A stretch of 62,305 nucleotides of DNA, filler included, from Choristocarpus tenellus KU-1152 (Eukaryota > Protista > Phaeophyceae), in assembly GCA_964200185.2 (NCBI GenBank). It is 11 parts of 11 records of this genome, joined end to end, with 100 filler letters (N's around TTAATTAATTAA, not from the genome) between each part and the next. Parts side by side here need not be neighbours in the genome. Positions count along the whole stretch, not along the records: positions 46,804 to 49,771 come from CAXNAD020023295.1; positions 49,872 to 59,211 come from CAXNAD020003762.1; positions 59,312 to 62,305 come from CAXNAD020023066.1; 8 more parts are not named here. The stretch is one strand, 5' to 3'. The position numbers and the translations under genes were made by a program. Below, one piece after another: positions 48,090 through 60,550 of the stretch (positions within the stretch are counted from its first letter, which is position 1; every line of letters begins with the position of its first letter). The notes under the pieces are model-generated. The model had not been told where the DNA came from. It saw only the letters and a list, made by a program, of their open reading frames with translations, and did no database searches.

Positions 48090-49771
48090 CACGTCCACCG
48101 CCCCTATCAGTGGGCCGTGCGTCAGCAATGTCCACTCTCAATCTACGCCCCATCATATCCCCCTCAGAGTAACTCAACGCCTCCTCCAGGCCTGCTTGAT
48201 CCTTGAATGTTATGTAGCTGAAGCCCTGCACCAGGCACACACATGGACACACACACAATAAAAAATTAACAGCTAAGGAAGTGGTCTTTTGAGCTGTTTT
48301 GGCGAAAAATCATACTCCATGTAGTAATACTGAGTGAAAAAAGTTTTATCCTCGCCTTGCCCTGTAGCATTGCCGCAGACAAACAAATTGCCCTAAAAAC
48401 TATCGTGATATACCTAACCCTAACCCTAACCCTAACCAGAAAAAGTTCACTGTCACTACAACATGACAAACACCAATCCTTACAAGAGTGAAAGTGCTAT
48501 TATAGATTGAGAGCCCAGAGGGCCTGCTTCAGAGAAGAGAGTGACTGCCTTTGAGGTAGCCTGACAGCAATGAAAGCTACAGAGTTACACTACACTACAC
48601 TGTGTGCCACCTCCTGATCAATCATATCAAAATGTGGACAAAGGCTCAGCGTATTCTTGGGTTTTGATATTGAGACCTCAGGCATTTCTAGAAACAAGCG
48701 CTGTCTTTCTCATCACAATATATTAAAGGGAGAATTAATTTGGCATTGTCAGGTGCAAGGGATAGCCCTCAGGGTAGTCCCCTACCGTGTCTCCAACCGC
48801 AACAGACATTAGAAGACTAGGCAAACACTGTACAAGCATATTGCAAGTGCACTTCATTGAAAATGAGATGCAACCTTGACCACACCACCTAGCCAGCCAC
48901 TAAGCTGTAGTGTTGGCTGAAGAAATCCAAAGTTTAGAACAAAGAGTGTTCGGTGCAATGCGTAGCGATTATCACTACCAACAAATCTCTCTTCCTCTCT
49001 CTATACACCACGTCATGCCGGATTGGCCCCTGATGGTAGGGTATGGTTAGGGTGCAGTTGGAAAAGGATAAGGAGTTGGCAGCTGACCTTGAAATCCCCA
49101 GTTGCCCTGTCTCTAACAAGATGAACATCTGTGACGCCACATTTACCGAAGAAATCTCTCAGATCATCTTCACGAATGTCATAGCGGAGGTTGCCCACAT
49201 ATGCCTGTTTAATATCATTAATAGCACGCCGTTGTTGACATCAATTACTGCTGCAATTGTATTCTTGTCATACTGAAGTGTCTAACGTGTCTTGTAAAAA
49301 CAACCGCAAACTTGCTTGTTCACACCACATAGTCTAAAAGACAGGGGCCAGGAATAAGTATTGAATTGTCCTTGAGATAGCAATGGTAACATCGTACCCG
49401 GGAGTCATGACAAACAAGTTTTTCAGCTTGTCGGTCCTTGCCTTTCCTCTCACATCTTGTGTATCAGTCCCAACGCACGGGTAGTGTATGGCACTCGATA
49501 GCCCAAATCAAGATCAAATTGCAAAGAACAGGGGAAAACTCCAAGTGTGTGATTAGGCACCATTTAACCAAGGATAAGTACAGTATCAAGCGTTGCAACA
49601 CCGCGCTCGAAGAATGGATTTCTCGATGTCAACCCAAATCCCTTGAACGTTCCGTAGAGGGTTATGTAAATGTCCACCGACCTTGAAAGGAGGGTTGGTG
49701 GGAATTTCCCTCTTATGCTCAGGACCTCCACCGCGGTTGTCACGACCATACCCCCCCCCTCCACCATAACC
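48090..49771 (-). CDS. eIF4B/eIF4H-like RRM protein, partial; exons <49771-49682, 49204-49088, 48225-48090
   Basis: IPTNPPFK|AYVGNLRYDIREDDLRDFF..VRDRATGDFK|GFSYITFKD..LEEAL..GRRLRVDIADAR: RNP2/RNP1 with the PPF-AYVGNL signature and G/R-rich flanks. Confidence 0.85.
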
Positions 49772-50009
49772 NNNNNNNNNNNNNNNNNNNNNNNNNNNNN
49801 NNNNNNNNNNNNNNNTTAATTAATTAANNNNNNNNNNNNNNNNNNNNNNNNNNNNNNNNNNNNNNNNNNNNAAACGGACGCCGGCACCCCCCTCCCCCGA
49901 TACTTTGACCCAACCCTCATTATTCTATGAAGTTTTTGATCAGGTGTTAGCTTTTTACATTGTGACAATATTCCTTTTACCTCAAATTCCCCTGTGATCC
50001 CTTACTCAG

Positions 50010-52312
50010 GTGACGTCCCTGCATAGGGCCTGCACAGAGGGTCACAAAGATGTGGTCTCACTGCTCCTTGCACATGGGGTGAGCCCTCACATCAGATATT
50101 CGCTCCATGCCCACCTTATGACTGGATATTGTGTCTCTCACTCAAGCCTCATGTATACATTTTGGTTACATGTTCTTGAAGTGACAAGTTTTTGGAGTAA
50201 GAGACTAAGTGTGACACATTGTATCTCAGGAAACAAGGTTTGATCTGTGTTCTTCAGGAGAGGCACGGCTTCACAGGAAACAACTTGCGCCAGATCATGG
50301 GGGGGTTGTTACTCTTTCCCTTACACAGATAAATTCCAACCAGACTATACCATTGCTTCAAGATGAATCACAATCAAGCTCAAGTGGTGGCTCCAAAGAG
50401 TACATTTCTCTTCACTCTTGTTCCTCAACTAGTGGGAATGATTAGCCCAGACTGACGCTCCAACCTCTCCTCATCCGTCAGCATCAGTCCATTGTAATAT
50501 TACCATATTTCCTCCCCTTTTCTTGTCTCACCACTTCCTCATTTTGCCCCACTACTTTCCCTCCCACTACCACATTATGATACTGCCTCCAATAGGCAGT
50601 CCCAGCCCCTGTTGATGACTCAGGTTCAACACCGCTTCATGCAACATGCTCAAGAGGCCATGTGCACATTGCACACCAGCTGCTGGAGGCAGGAGCACAA
50701 GTGAATGCTCGGGATGTGTCAGGAAATACTCCTCTTATGGCAACCATAGCCAAAGGGCATGAGAGGATTGCGGAATTGCTTCTGTCGAGGGTGAGAAATG
50801 GGGAATGGAATCGGGAAGAGCTGATAGGTTGGTGATCGCATTGTCCACACTTCTGAGCAACGATCGGAGGCATTGTGTCAACTCTAAATACTTCCTCAGT
50901 GATAGCAGACTACTCAAGTTTGGATGGTCAACAACAAACTTTCGGAATCAAAAGATAATGCTGAAGTAAGGTTTCTGCAAGGGGAATGGAAGACTCAAAG
51001 ACACATGTGCACACAGAAAGATACACTCAATGTTGTCACTTAATATGTGTGGAGTAGTGAGATATGTAGTGCTCTACATATTGTATCAAGAATATTCGAT
51101 AATAAATGAGGTGAAGTACTGGCAGTACTCAGTCATGTCCACTCAAACACAGAGTCAAAGTAAGTGAGAGGTACCCAGGGTTACATTTTAAGGACGATGA
51201 CAAATATGTGTAAATACAAAGGCATACAGGGGACTTTTTTAATTATGTCGAAAACTTTCAAACAGCAGAAAAATCAACCCTCTCAAATCAATTTTGGTAC
51301 TTATCCATAGAAATACGAATAAGTTGCAAAAGAATTCAAAGTGGCTGAATATTCAAAACGATTAAAACCTGGGTACCTCTCGTTTACTTTGGCTCCCAGG
51401 TTTCATTATAATCTGTATTGATGTAGTAGTATCCATATTGGATAAACGCCACACTGTCTATGGTGGATAAAAAAAAGTATTACTCGACATCTGAGAGGTC
51501 ATCTAGCTTGAGAACAGAATAGAAAGTTGTCAAGGATGTAGGGATTCTTCTGTGACGGGATGATTGCATGGTTTCATGCTACACGGATTTAATATTTGCT
51601 TGTGTAATCGCGTTGGGTTTCTATTCTCTTTGCCTTTCTTCATTAATTGCCTCCTCCTCACTCCTCTAAGAATACTGATCCAGTTTTCTTCTCCTCAACC
51701 TGTATATATATCATCACCATTTGTACAGTGCAGTTAGGTTGGGATACAGCATTCTCTCTGTCTAGACAATGGGTTGGGGAATAGGAAAATGAGTACCCAA
51801 GAAAGGTGGACCTTACGGTTCCTTCAAGTATTTCGTCAATGATAATCATCTCATAGTAGTTAGGAATTTGTTTGATTTCACTTTACAACCCGGAAAGCAT
51901 GTGCGATGTTTCAATTTTTCTTCTTTTCCACTCCCCACTTCTCCTCCAGGGTGCTGACCGCCATCTTGTAAATCATAAGGGACAAACGACCCTCTGCCTT
52001 GTGCAGGCTTTGTCTAAGGCTAAACATCCTTCAAAGCCCTGGATCGCCGCCATGCTAAGAGCTCCAACTGTGCAAGTGGGGAGGGTGGGAGTTGGGGATG
52101 CACAGGTCGTGCCAACAAGTTTGCCTGTGCCGAACGCAGTTCTGCGTGATTCCCGAATTACAACTTCGGGCAAAGCCCTCCCTTCCTCGCCTCTTCAACA
52201 TTCCTCTCTCCAAGGGAAGGGCCATTGTGCTGGAAGATATGCGCAGGTCAAGGGGCATGAAGTCTCACGACCAGAAAAGCATTGCTCTCAGGGTGTACTC
52301 ACTTGCTCTTGA
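50010..52312 (+). CDS. Ankyrin-repeat protein, partial; exons 50010-50078, 50596-50790, 51950-52312
   Basis: TSLHRACTEGHKDVVSLLLAHG|A..DDSGSTPLHATCSRGH..LLEAGAQVNARDVSGNTPLM..GHERIAELLLSR|GADRHLVNHKGQT. Confidence 0.9.
51152..51395. mobile_element. MITE family C (244 bp) in the ankyrin gene intron
   Basis: TIR gagtcaaagtaagtgagaggtacccagg / cctgggtacctctcgtttactttggctc. Confidence 0.87.
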
Positions 52313-53729
52313 GTGTTGTTGGAGGAACTTCATTGACAGCAGAGGTGCAACACCTTGAGTAAACGATGTGTGATATTAATAAGTAGTAGTGGTTGATGGG
52401 GTTAGTATGATGGAGATATATCTCATACAGTTACTTGTCGTCAAGGGCAAAGAGCTATGTTTACCAGGGACTGGGCTGTTGCTTCACAGAGGAAGATATT
52501 GATCGATGGGCCCAGGGGTCCTTCAGAGTTCTTTCGGTGTATTTCGCTGGAGGGGTCTACAATGTTTTTCATAGTGTACTTGGCATTTGATGATCTCCTG
52601 TTTTCAAAGCTTGATTATGTCCTTGGGAACCCAATTAGATCTGACTTTCTTGTGAATATGGACATACAAATTGAGGTCTGGCTCAATTTTCCATGTAGTT
52701 TCCGTTTTATATAGTGGTGTATAGATTAGAACCTATTCAGGGGATTACTGCTATGATAGCATGAACTGTATGGAAACATGAGGGTAGGTGCATGGGATAG
52801 ATAAGTTGGTCTGCTGAGATGCTCAGTGGGGGCAGTGACCAAGGTGTGCGCCACGCACACCCTGTGTGAGTATAGTTTGCCTTGTTGATTGCCAGAAAAA
52901 ACATAAGAGGAACAAATAGTTCAAAGCAAACACAAACCTATTTATTTATTTCAAGAGTACGTATTGATGGTACACACACAATTCAGTTTTTTTTCCATGA
53001 AGCGGATCTTATTTGGTACATCACTTCACAGTATCAGTGTGTCTAAGGGGACTCTAGACTCATGCCCAGTGGCCAACATCACAGAACGTAACTGAAACAC
53101 GAAGAGGTGAGGAAAAGATAGAAAACGATACATAGAGAAAGAGTCCAAAATCCATGCCCACAACTTTGAGACATGAGACATGGTGTAAGTTAGCTCTCTA
53201 CTATGCCCATCCCAACAGACAGTCAGTCTCATGAGGATACAAACTCATCTTGACGCACTGGTGTGCTCACTGATGATGGCATGATGACAATGGACAGATT
53301 ACCACATTGTGAATGATTTGCTCCTAAAATGGCCATCTCCCTCTCCTCTCTCCTCCCTCACTAGCGTACAGAGTTCAAACCAAGTCAATACTTCCTTACA
53401 TATACTCGTCGTCTGCCTCAAGTGTGGCATCGGATGCAAGCAAAGGCAACGGTCCTTCAGTGATCTCTCTAAGAATATTATAATAGCATGATGGGAAGAT
53501 GAGAAAGAGATCAGGCAGATCCCCGTTGTGCCGTATACCACGCAAAAACAACCATACCCAGCAGCTAGAAACACAAATCGTGTAGGGGTCCGTGTAACTG
53601 CGTATCTAAATCTCCTGGACTAATATAATAGCTCAAATGACTCTTCACCCCTTCCCAAAATGCGGTTCATCCACTGATTTTTAATTGTTCACTTTGTTCC
53701 CTAACAATGATACTTCGAAGGAGCATAAA

Positions 53730-53984
53730 CCGAGTCGAAGCATTATTTAAGAGGATAGGGCCGTGTCCGTTTGGGGTTCAAATTTTATGTTGCGATTTTG
53801 ACGAATTCTGACCATCGTGTTTGTTACCAAGAGTCAATATCCTTGCTCCAGACACACATTTCATAGTCATAAACATTTTAGGAACTGCGTTCACACAGAA
53901 AAAGGGCATAAAAAACTTGTGGGAAGTCAAGACCCGAACAGACAAATAGGGTAAAACTCCTACCCTCTTTAATGTTTTGGGTCC
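53730..53984 (+). mobile_element. MITE family B variant; left arm of an inverted pair
   Basis: ccgagtcgaagcatt..taccctctttaatgttttgggtcc; interior homologous to family B. Confidence 0.85.
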
Positions 53985-54073
53985 TAGCCGACAGTTATAG
54001 TTTTCAGTCGGGAGACATAACCATACTGTTAAGAATTTCTTGCGGGAGCTATTTCATGTTTCTCTTCGGTTAG

Positions 54074-54517
54074 TTGTTCACCAGAGGCAGGCCAGCGACC
54101 ACCACAAGAAGAGAGAACAGAAGAGACATGGTGGAAACCCCACAGTCCATTGTTCCCAAGAAGAAGCAGTGGCCTCATTGGACTCCACTCAGTCTTGAAG
54201 AGTTCATGTGTTCTGGATCTTTTGTCCACAACGTCCGTTGTTGCAAGAGACTCAATTGTGCCGCCTACTTTTCTGCAGAAGATGAGAAAACGCACAACGC
54301 TGCTGAACAAGGTCTATTCACAATTTTCTCCTCCCTCCCAGATCGCAAGCGCTTAATAATTGAGCATGCACTGTATATACCGCTAGCCGCTGGATGCATG
54401 AGGGCGGCAGGGCAGCCGGTGTGTACAAACTTCTTCGCGAAAATGTTTGGTGTCCAAGAGGCTCATTGACGCCGTCAAGGTCAACCCTGGACCTCGGGCA
54501 TCAAGCAAGATCGGCAG
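54074..54517 (+). pseudogene. N-terminal fragment of a Sola-like DNA transposase
   Basis: CC..LNC..F, then VCTNFFAKMFGV(fs)SKRLIDAVK, resembling the VCxxFF..LGIS motif of Sola-type transposases; ends at a donor-like ag|gtatga. Confidence 0.5.
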
Positions 54518-54626
54518 GTATGAGAATGTCAGAACCAATGTTCTTGGAAATGGAAGCTAACTTTACCGGGTTCATACCCGGACTAACCATCTGCTTATAA
54601 TTCATTACTCCACTCTACCTTTTTTT

Positions 54627-54891
54627 GGACTCAACCCCAAGCATTAAAGGGGGTAGGAGTTTTGCCCTGTTTTTCCGTTCGAGTCTTGACTTCCCACGTT
54701 TTTTTTATGTCCTTTTCGGTTTTCTGTGTTAACACAGTTTCCTAATATGTATATGACTATGAAAGGTGTGTCTGGACCAAGGATATTGGCACTTTGTAAC
54801 AAACACGACGGCCAAAATTCATCAAAATCGCAATATTGGATTTATGATCCCTAATGGACCCGGCCCTACCCTGTTAAATGCTTCGACTCGG
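54627..54891 (-). mobile_element. MITE family B variant; right arm, inverted relative to 53730-53984
   Basis: Reverse complement aligns along its whole length with the left arm, ending ..aatgcttcgactcgg. Confidence 0.85.
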
Positions 54892-55049
54892 CTCTCCAGA
54901 TAGATCTGTTTTGCCATAGTCAACTGTGTTGCTCACCTGTATGTGTACCTGTTACTTTGCGTTGATCAGTCAGTGATACATAGGTACAGCATGTTGGTAA
55001 ATTATCGTTCTCATTGACGATTATGCGACAAATCATTGTGCTTGGGCCA

Positions 55050-55678
55050 GATTGAGCAAGGGTGGAGGAAGCAAAATCCGAGCAGCAGCAATCGGTCGAC
55101 CTGCCGAGGCTGAAGGTAGAGAAAGATTTTGACCTGCCCATGCATCGACTGGGTGAAAACCAAGAAGACAGCAGCAGCGATAGCCACAGTGACAGCGACA
55201 GCTCCACCAGCAGCGGCAATAGCAGCAACAGCAATAACAGTTCTGATGACGACAGACACGCCAGGGGGGCTGACCCTGGTGCGAAAAGGCGGGACTGCCC
55301 CCGTGGAGTGATCAAAACCGGAGTAGGGCATTTCACCTTTCTGGTAGATTAAGCCCCTTTCCTTACGGTTAAAAAAACGGATATACTCCAGGAACAAAGT
55401 ATGAGGAACGGGAAATACAGGAAGAGGTCCAAATTCACTGGTGGAGCCCTGCTAACGCCAAAATTCGTGCTGCTACCGCCTACGTGGATCTCATCACCTA
55501 CAGCAAAGGAATCTTTGCTAAGGATCAGTTGTCTCAGGAAAGTGGAGGCCATCGCCAGCTGGTTGCGGATCAAAGTCGGGAACCACTATCGGGGGTGGTG
55601 GTGACCTGCCCAGCCTTAATTGGCCATGGCAATAATATCTCAGGGAAGGTATTAGGAGTGTGCAATATTGGCTGGTAG
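55050..55678 (+). pseudogene. Decayed coding fragment, possibly the C-terminal part of the same transposase
   Basis: S/D-rich linker, then GVGHFTFLVD*APFLTV(fs)..EVQIHWWSP..KGIFAKD..VVVTCPALIG; one stop and one frameshift. Confidence 0.35.
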
Positions 55679-57084
55679 TCTATATGATTTATATAGCGAC
55701 CACTATTAGACAACAGGAATGTTGAATAAGTGGAACAAGTGTCATTAACTTGTTTTCGTGTGCTTAGAGTAATAAATAAGTTCGAATCTCAGAAGATTGA
55801 TTTCTTATTACTTGATATAAATGGACTGATGGAGGATTAATGACGTAGTACTAGCTATACAGGATAAGTGACATAGTACGACCAACGGCAGGACACATTT
55901 TGATGTGTGATCTGATGTGTGAGCTGATGTGTGAGCTGACGTGTGCAATAAGATATTAAGATAGAGCACCCCCCACCTCAAGGGATAGTACTCACTCCGC
56001 TAATAAAGACATCCCTACAACACAATGGAAAGACTATTGAATAGCCTTTCTTTTGCATAAGGAGCCTTGGCCAAGCCAGAGGCAATGCAGAACAGAAGTG
56101 TGCCGCCAGAGGGGTAGGCAGCCTGGGTACTGATGACGAAGGCTGACATGTGAGTGAGGGGGGGTACTACCTACTGCAGCATAGTAGATTAGGTATTTGA
56201 GCCGTAGAAGAAGGTACCAATCATCATCTGTTCGTGGATAGTGCTGCTGATACATATAGATACAACCAGTGGATTAGATAGTAGTATGGAGAGCCAGTGA
56301 GATATACCATATCCAATTTATTTGTGTTATGTTCAAGATACGCTTACTATACTGAGGACAAGTAAATAAGTGATTCATATGTATTGTAGGGACCTAATAT
56401 TAGATTATCAGTTGATATATCATACATGACACCTATGATACGTAGATAGTATTATTTTCTTATTATCCATGTGGACGTTGCATATCCCACATGATAGTCT
56501 GCACCTGTCTCACCCCACAAGTTCGGTCAGTGGAATCGAGACCATAAGCCTCTTGTACCATTAATATAGTGTATCTACACCAAGCCATTTATTGTCCTCT
56601 ATCAAGGCACACGGCTGCGGGCCCAGTGTGGGACGTACATGGGGCAAGCGAAAGTTTTGGTGTCATTTGTTTCGAGGGATAATTATGCATATCAAGTCTT
56701 GTCTAAAGTTTTACCCCATATCCAATTGAAAACCAGGTTCAAGTGATGGGAAAGGAGTGGTGGGCCTGTGGTGGGTTTGCAGGTGCTTCCTTTCCTCAAC
56801 TATATGATGATGCTTCGGGTTCTATATTTTTCTATTTGGGGAACAAGTATACTTTCTGAGAATTAACTCGAGTGTGTCACATGATGAACAAGGATAACTA
56901 AATAACACAAAAATTATTAATGGTTGTCACCGCTGACCTTCTTGCTCGTGTTTATTATTCCTACCAGGTTTCTTTGTAATTTGCCTCAGAATATTTATGT
57001 AGTCTTCCACTGAAAGTCATTAAATCCTCTATTATACTGTATGCCATTGACTGTAAGTCCGGGATCGCTCAGTTTTACATGGTA

Positions 57085-57346
57085 GACCCAAAGTATCTTA
57101 GAGGGTAGGGCCGCGTCCATTTTGGGACCAAAATCAATTTTGCGATTTTGATGTAATTTTGGCTATCGTGTTTGTTAGGAAGTTTCAGTATCCTTGTCCC
57201 CGATACACCTTTTCATAACGTATAAATTTTACCTACTCAGAAACATTTTGGAGTAGGAAAATGTCATATAAAAACCCATGGGAAGCCAAGCCCCAAATGG
57301 ACGAACAGGGCAAAACTCGTACCCTAACCCTAAGATACTTTTACTC
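57085..57346. mobile_element. MITE family B (262 bp) with 4-bp TSD
   Basis: TIR gacccaaagtatcttagagggta / ..taagatacttttactc; flanked by ggta on both sides. Confidence 0.9.
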
Positions 57347-58679
57347 GGTACATAGGTGAGGGGCACCAAAATATTGGCAAGAGCCAATCCGTTTTACAGA
57401 ATACTTGTGTGAGCGATGACCAAGCACACCTCGGTGTGCAAAGAATTAGGAACCCATCAGAACTTGGTTACACATTCAAAAGAGTGAAGATTGAAGAGAG
57501 AGGGAAACCTGAGGAATGCTGTTTCTTCAATTTTGTGGATGCTTTAGGTACTGAAAAGTAGGGTTGATGTTGAGTAAGTGAGTGTATAGCCTAGCATAAG
57601 CACAACAAACAAGAGGGGAGAAAGTGCAAATATTCATAAATCACATCAGGTGGAACTGAGAGAACGGTAGAGACTACGTTGGCCCAGAGTCCAGAAAGGA
57701 GAAGAGAGTAGCAGTAGGTGTGAAGAAAGATGGTCCTCAAGAAAAAGTAAACAAATAAAATAATGCTACAGCCAGGCCCATTGCGCGAATCAAGGCCATC
57801 AGGAAAGGCTGAGATATAGATTTACCTAGTGGAAAAGGGTACCGAGAAGGTGATTAGGGTGGCATAACGGCACTCTAATTTTAGAACTTCCTGTGAGATA
57901 TGTAAAATGCGTACGTTATACGTGGTACTATTACTATACTATTTGTATGTGTTGTGCAACTATTGTATATAATCGGGTCTCACTATCACAGGTATCTACA
58001 CCTGCAATTATATCTTCCTACTCCCCTTGCGTCATTTTTAGTTTGGCAACGAAGCTTAATGGCACAGTTTTTTCTTCTTTTACGTCTCTCTTGTTGGAGT
58101 AGGTGGAGGGTGCGGAGATGGTGGGATTTGTGGTGGTGGAGGCGAGGAGACCTCACCTGGTAGTTCCAGACACCTTCAGATGTATTATCTATTGGTCGTA
58201 AGGCCACATCAACCCTTCTTTCGAAAATAATGGCACAAAAAGACAAATGTGTTTGTTAGAGAGATTCTTTGATGATATATTATTCGAAAAGAGTGGAAGA
58301 TGGAATGTCTGTCTGCACACTTTCAGCCAAAGGGAAAATTAACAATAGTTTAGTGAGCAAGCTTTGAAACTATCTACCTGTGTTGTGCAGACTGACATTA
58401 GACGCTTCTCCTTGACTGATCGATGCTCAATTGAATAAAATGTGCGTATTTCAGTTCTCAGCACCAACAACGGGACAATATCATATTGATTCAAATTCGA
58501 TAAATACATTGAGTACTATGGAAGAAAAAAGGAAACCAGTTGGGTAACGTTCTTCCAAACATGAATCAATGGGTGGCCACCTAAAAATATCAAGATTTCA
58601 TTGCTTCAAAGCAGGTCCAGACATTCCCCTACATACTTGACTGGGAAAGATGGAAGTCTTGGTCTGCATGTTGCTTGAG

Positions 58680-59186
58680 ACAAAAGGAAACGTAGTACCA
58701 ATTGTTCTATTCAGTTTGCATCATGATGAAATGAAGTATGCAAATATTGTCTGGTGATATTTTTGTAGCCCAGTCTAGGAAGCTCTCTAACAGGGTGTGG
58801 TTCAATGGGGAAATTAGGATTTGGCCAATCATGGACACTAAGGTCGCTCAGCACTCCAGCAAACCCCCCCATCAACAGCACAAAGGTGATTGTGCCAGCC
58901 ACGGTGAACGGGGAGAGGTATAAGAAGCTCATGGTGGAGGATGTCATCCAATCAAGCCCCGCATTCCATGCTTATGCAGCAGGACAGGGCAAGCCCCACT
59001 CCAAAGGGAAGATCATAGAGGCAATTGAGGACGCAGCAGGAGTCGATATTGTCATAGAAACCCAGCCAGTCAACTCACCTGACCCCAATATCAACCTGGG
59101 ATTCTTTCATTCCATCTAGCAACTGAAGGAATACGTGGGGGTGACAAAAAAAGGACCTGGTGGAGGCCACAATGAAGGCGTTCATT
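58680..59186 (+). pseudogene. Tc1/mariner (plant/oomycete mariner-like) transposase relic, cut by a MITE at 59187
   Basis: WFNGEIRIWP..VAQHSSK, TVNGERYKKLMVEDVI, ETQPVNSPDPNINLGFFHSI (compare QPPNSPDLNVLDLGFF). Confidence 0.85.
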
Positions 59187-60414
59187 GGGTCAAAGTATCT
59201 TGGGGGGGGAGNNNNNNNNNNNNNNNNNNNNNNNNNNNNNNNNNNNNNNNNNNNNTTAATTAATTAANNNNNNNNNNNNNNNNNNNNNNNNNNNNNNNNN
59301 NNNNNNNNNNNTAATACTATATTCTTTGCCACGCGTTCACCTGGTCTTGGTTCGGGGTCCGTAAGTCTATTCCCCCCCCCCCCCCTCCCCCCCCCTCTGT
59401 ACGTTCTTGAACTTCTCTCACCTCGGAAGACTGTTGGGGACCATCTCCATCCAATGTCTGTGCCGTACCTGTATTCTCAAGTCCACATTCTCACCCCTAG
59501 TCTGGGATCAACCTATTGCTCAAATATTGTTCATGCACCCTCCTCAGCATTGCCTTGCATAATCTGGTAGAGACTAGTCTGGATGGGTTCCGTACGGACG
59601 AAAACGTGTAATGTGCATGTATTAGTCTAGATCAGTCGTAGCTGCCGGTGAGTTGACTAGGATGTGAGACGTTCATAGTTACATTATGTACTTAGGATCA
59701 GCAAAGTGCGCATTTTTCTGAGATGGTTCAGGGCTTATCTAAACAATCCGCATCTCTCTAGACAATTATATGTCAATAAGAATACAAGTATATATATATA
59801 TGTATATCTTTTTTAAATTAACAATGAGGGAAATGCAGCATATTATTCATGTATCTTCTTTTCAATTGAACACATCCATCATTTCCACTCGTTGTGCAAC
59901 TTGAACTGTTGGAGACATTCATGCCCTACCATCGTATCTGATTAACCCCATTATTGTGACCTGAATCTCTCCCCCCACACCCCTTTTATTGACTTAATCT
60001 GATTATCCCACTATTGGGCACTATACCTTCTTTTATCACTTTCCTTCATTGTTGTGATTTGTTAATGATTGTAGAAAGGATGTCCACAAATCCTCCTTAA
60101 ACAGCCATACATTGTAGTCCCAATCCCTACTTCTATTTTTCAGCAATCTAAAGCCCTCAAATGTAACCTACCATTGTAAGCAGTAGCCCTTTATTCACAA
60201 GGTTATCTCAAATTTGTATGAGGGGTGGTGCACGAGCTATGGTTAATTATTCCACTCCCCCCCTCTTCATATTGGTGTACTCTTTTTTACCTTCGCATTT
60301 CCAATATGATGCTCTAGTGCAGTCCATTTCTTTGAACTATCAAATCTCGTTTTTAATAATCATATATCGCGGACCATATATCTACTCCCAATCCCCAATT
60401 CTTACTTTCGTGGC

Positions 60415-60550
60415 ATTTACTCCACCTAAAATCCCCACCTACCACATGTCATCCAGTACTCTGAAAATATCTTTACTTCATTTCATGGCGGTCACTCCAC
60501 CTAAAAATCCCCATCTACCACATCCCCTCATTCAGTACTCTGAAATATCT
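60415..60550. repeat. ~75-bp tandem duplication
   Basis: actccacctaaaa..cccca(c/t)ctacca..tcat(c/t)cagtactctgaaa(a)tatct occurs twice. Confidence 0.75.
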
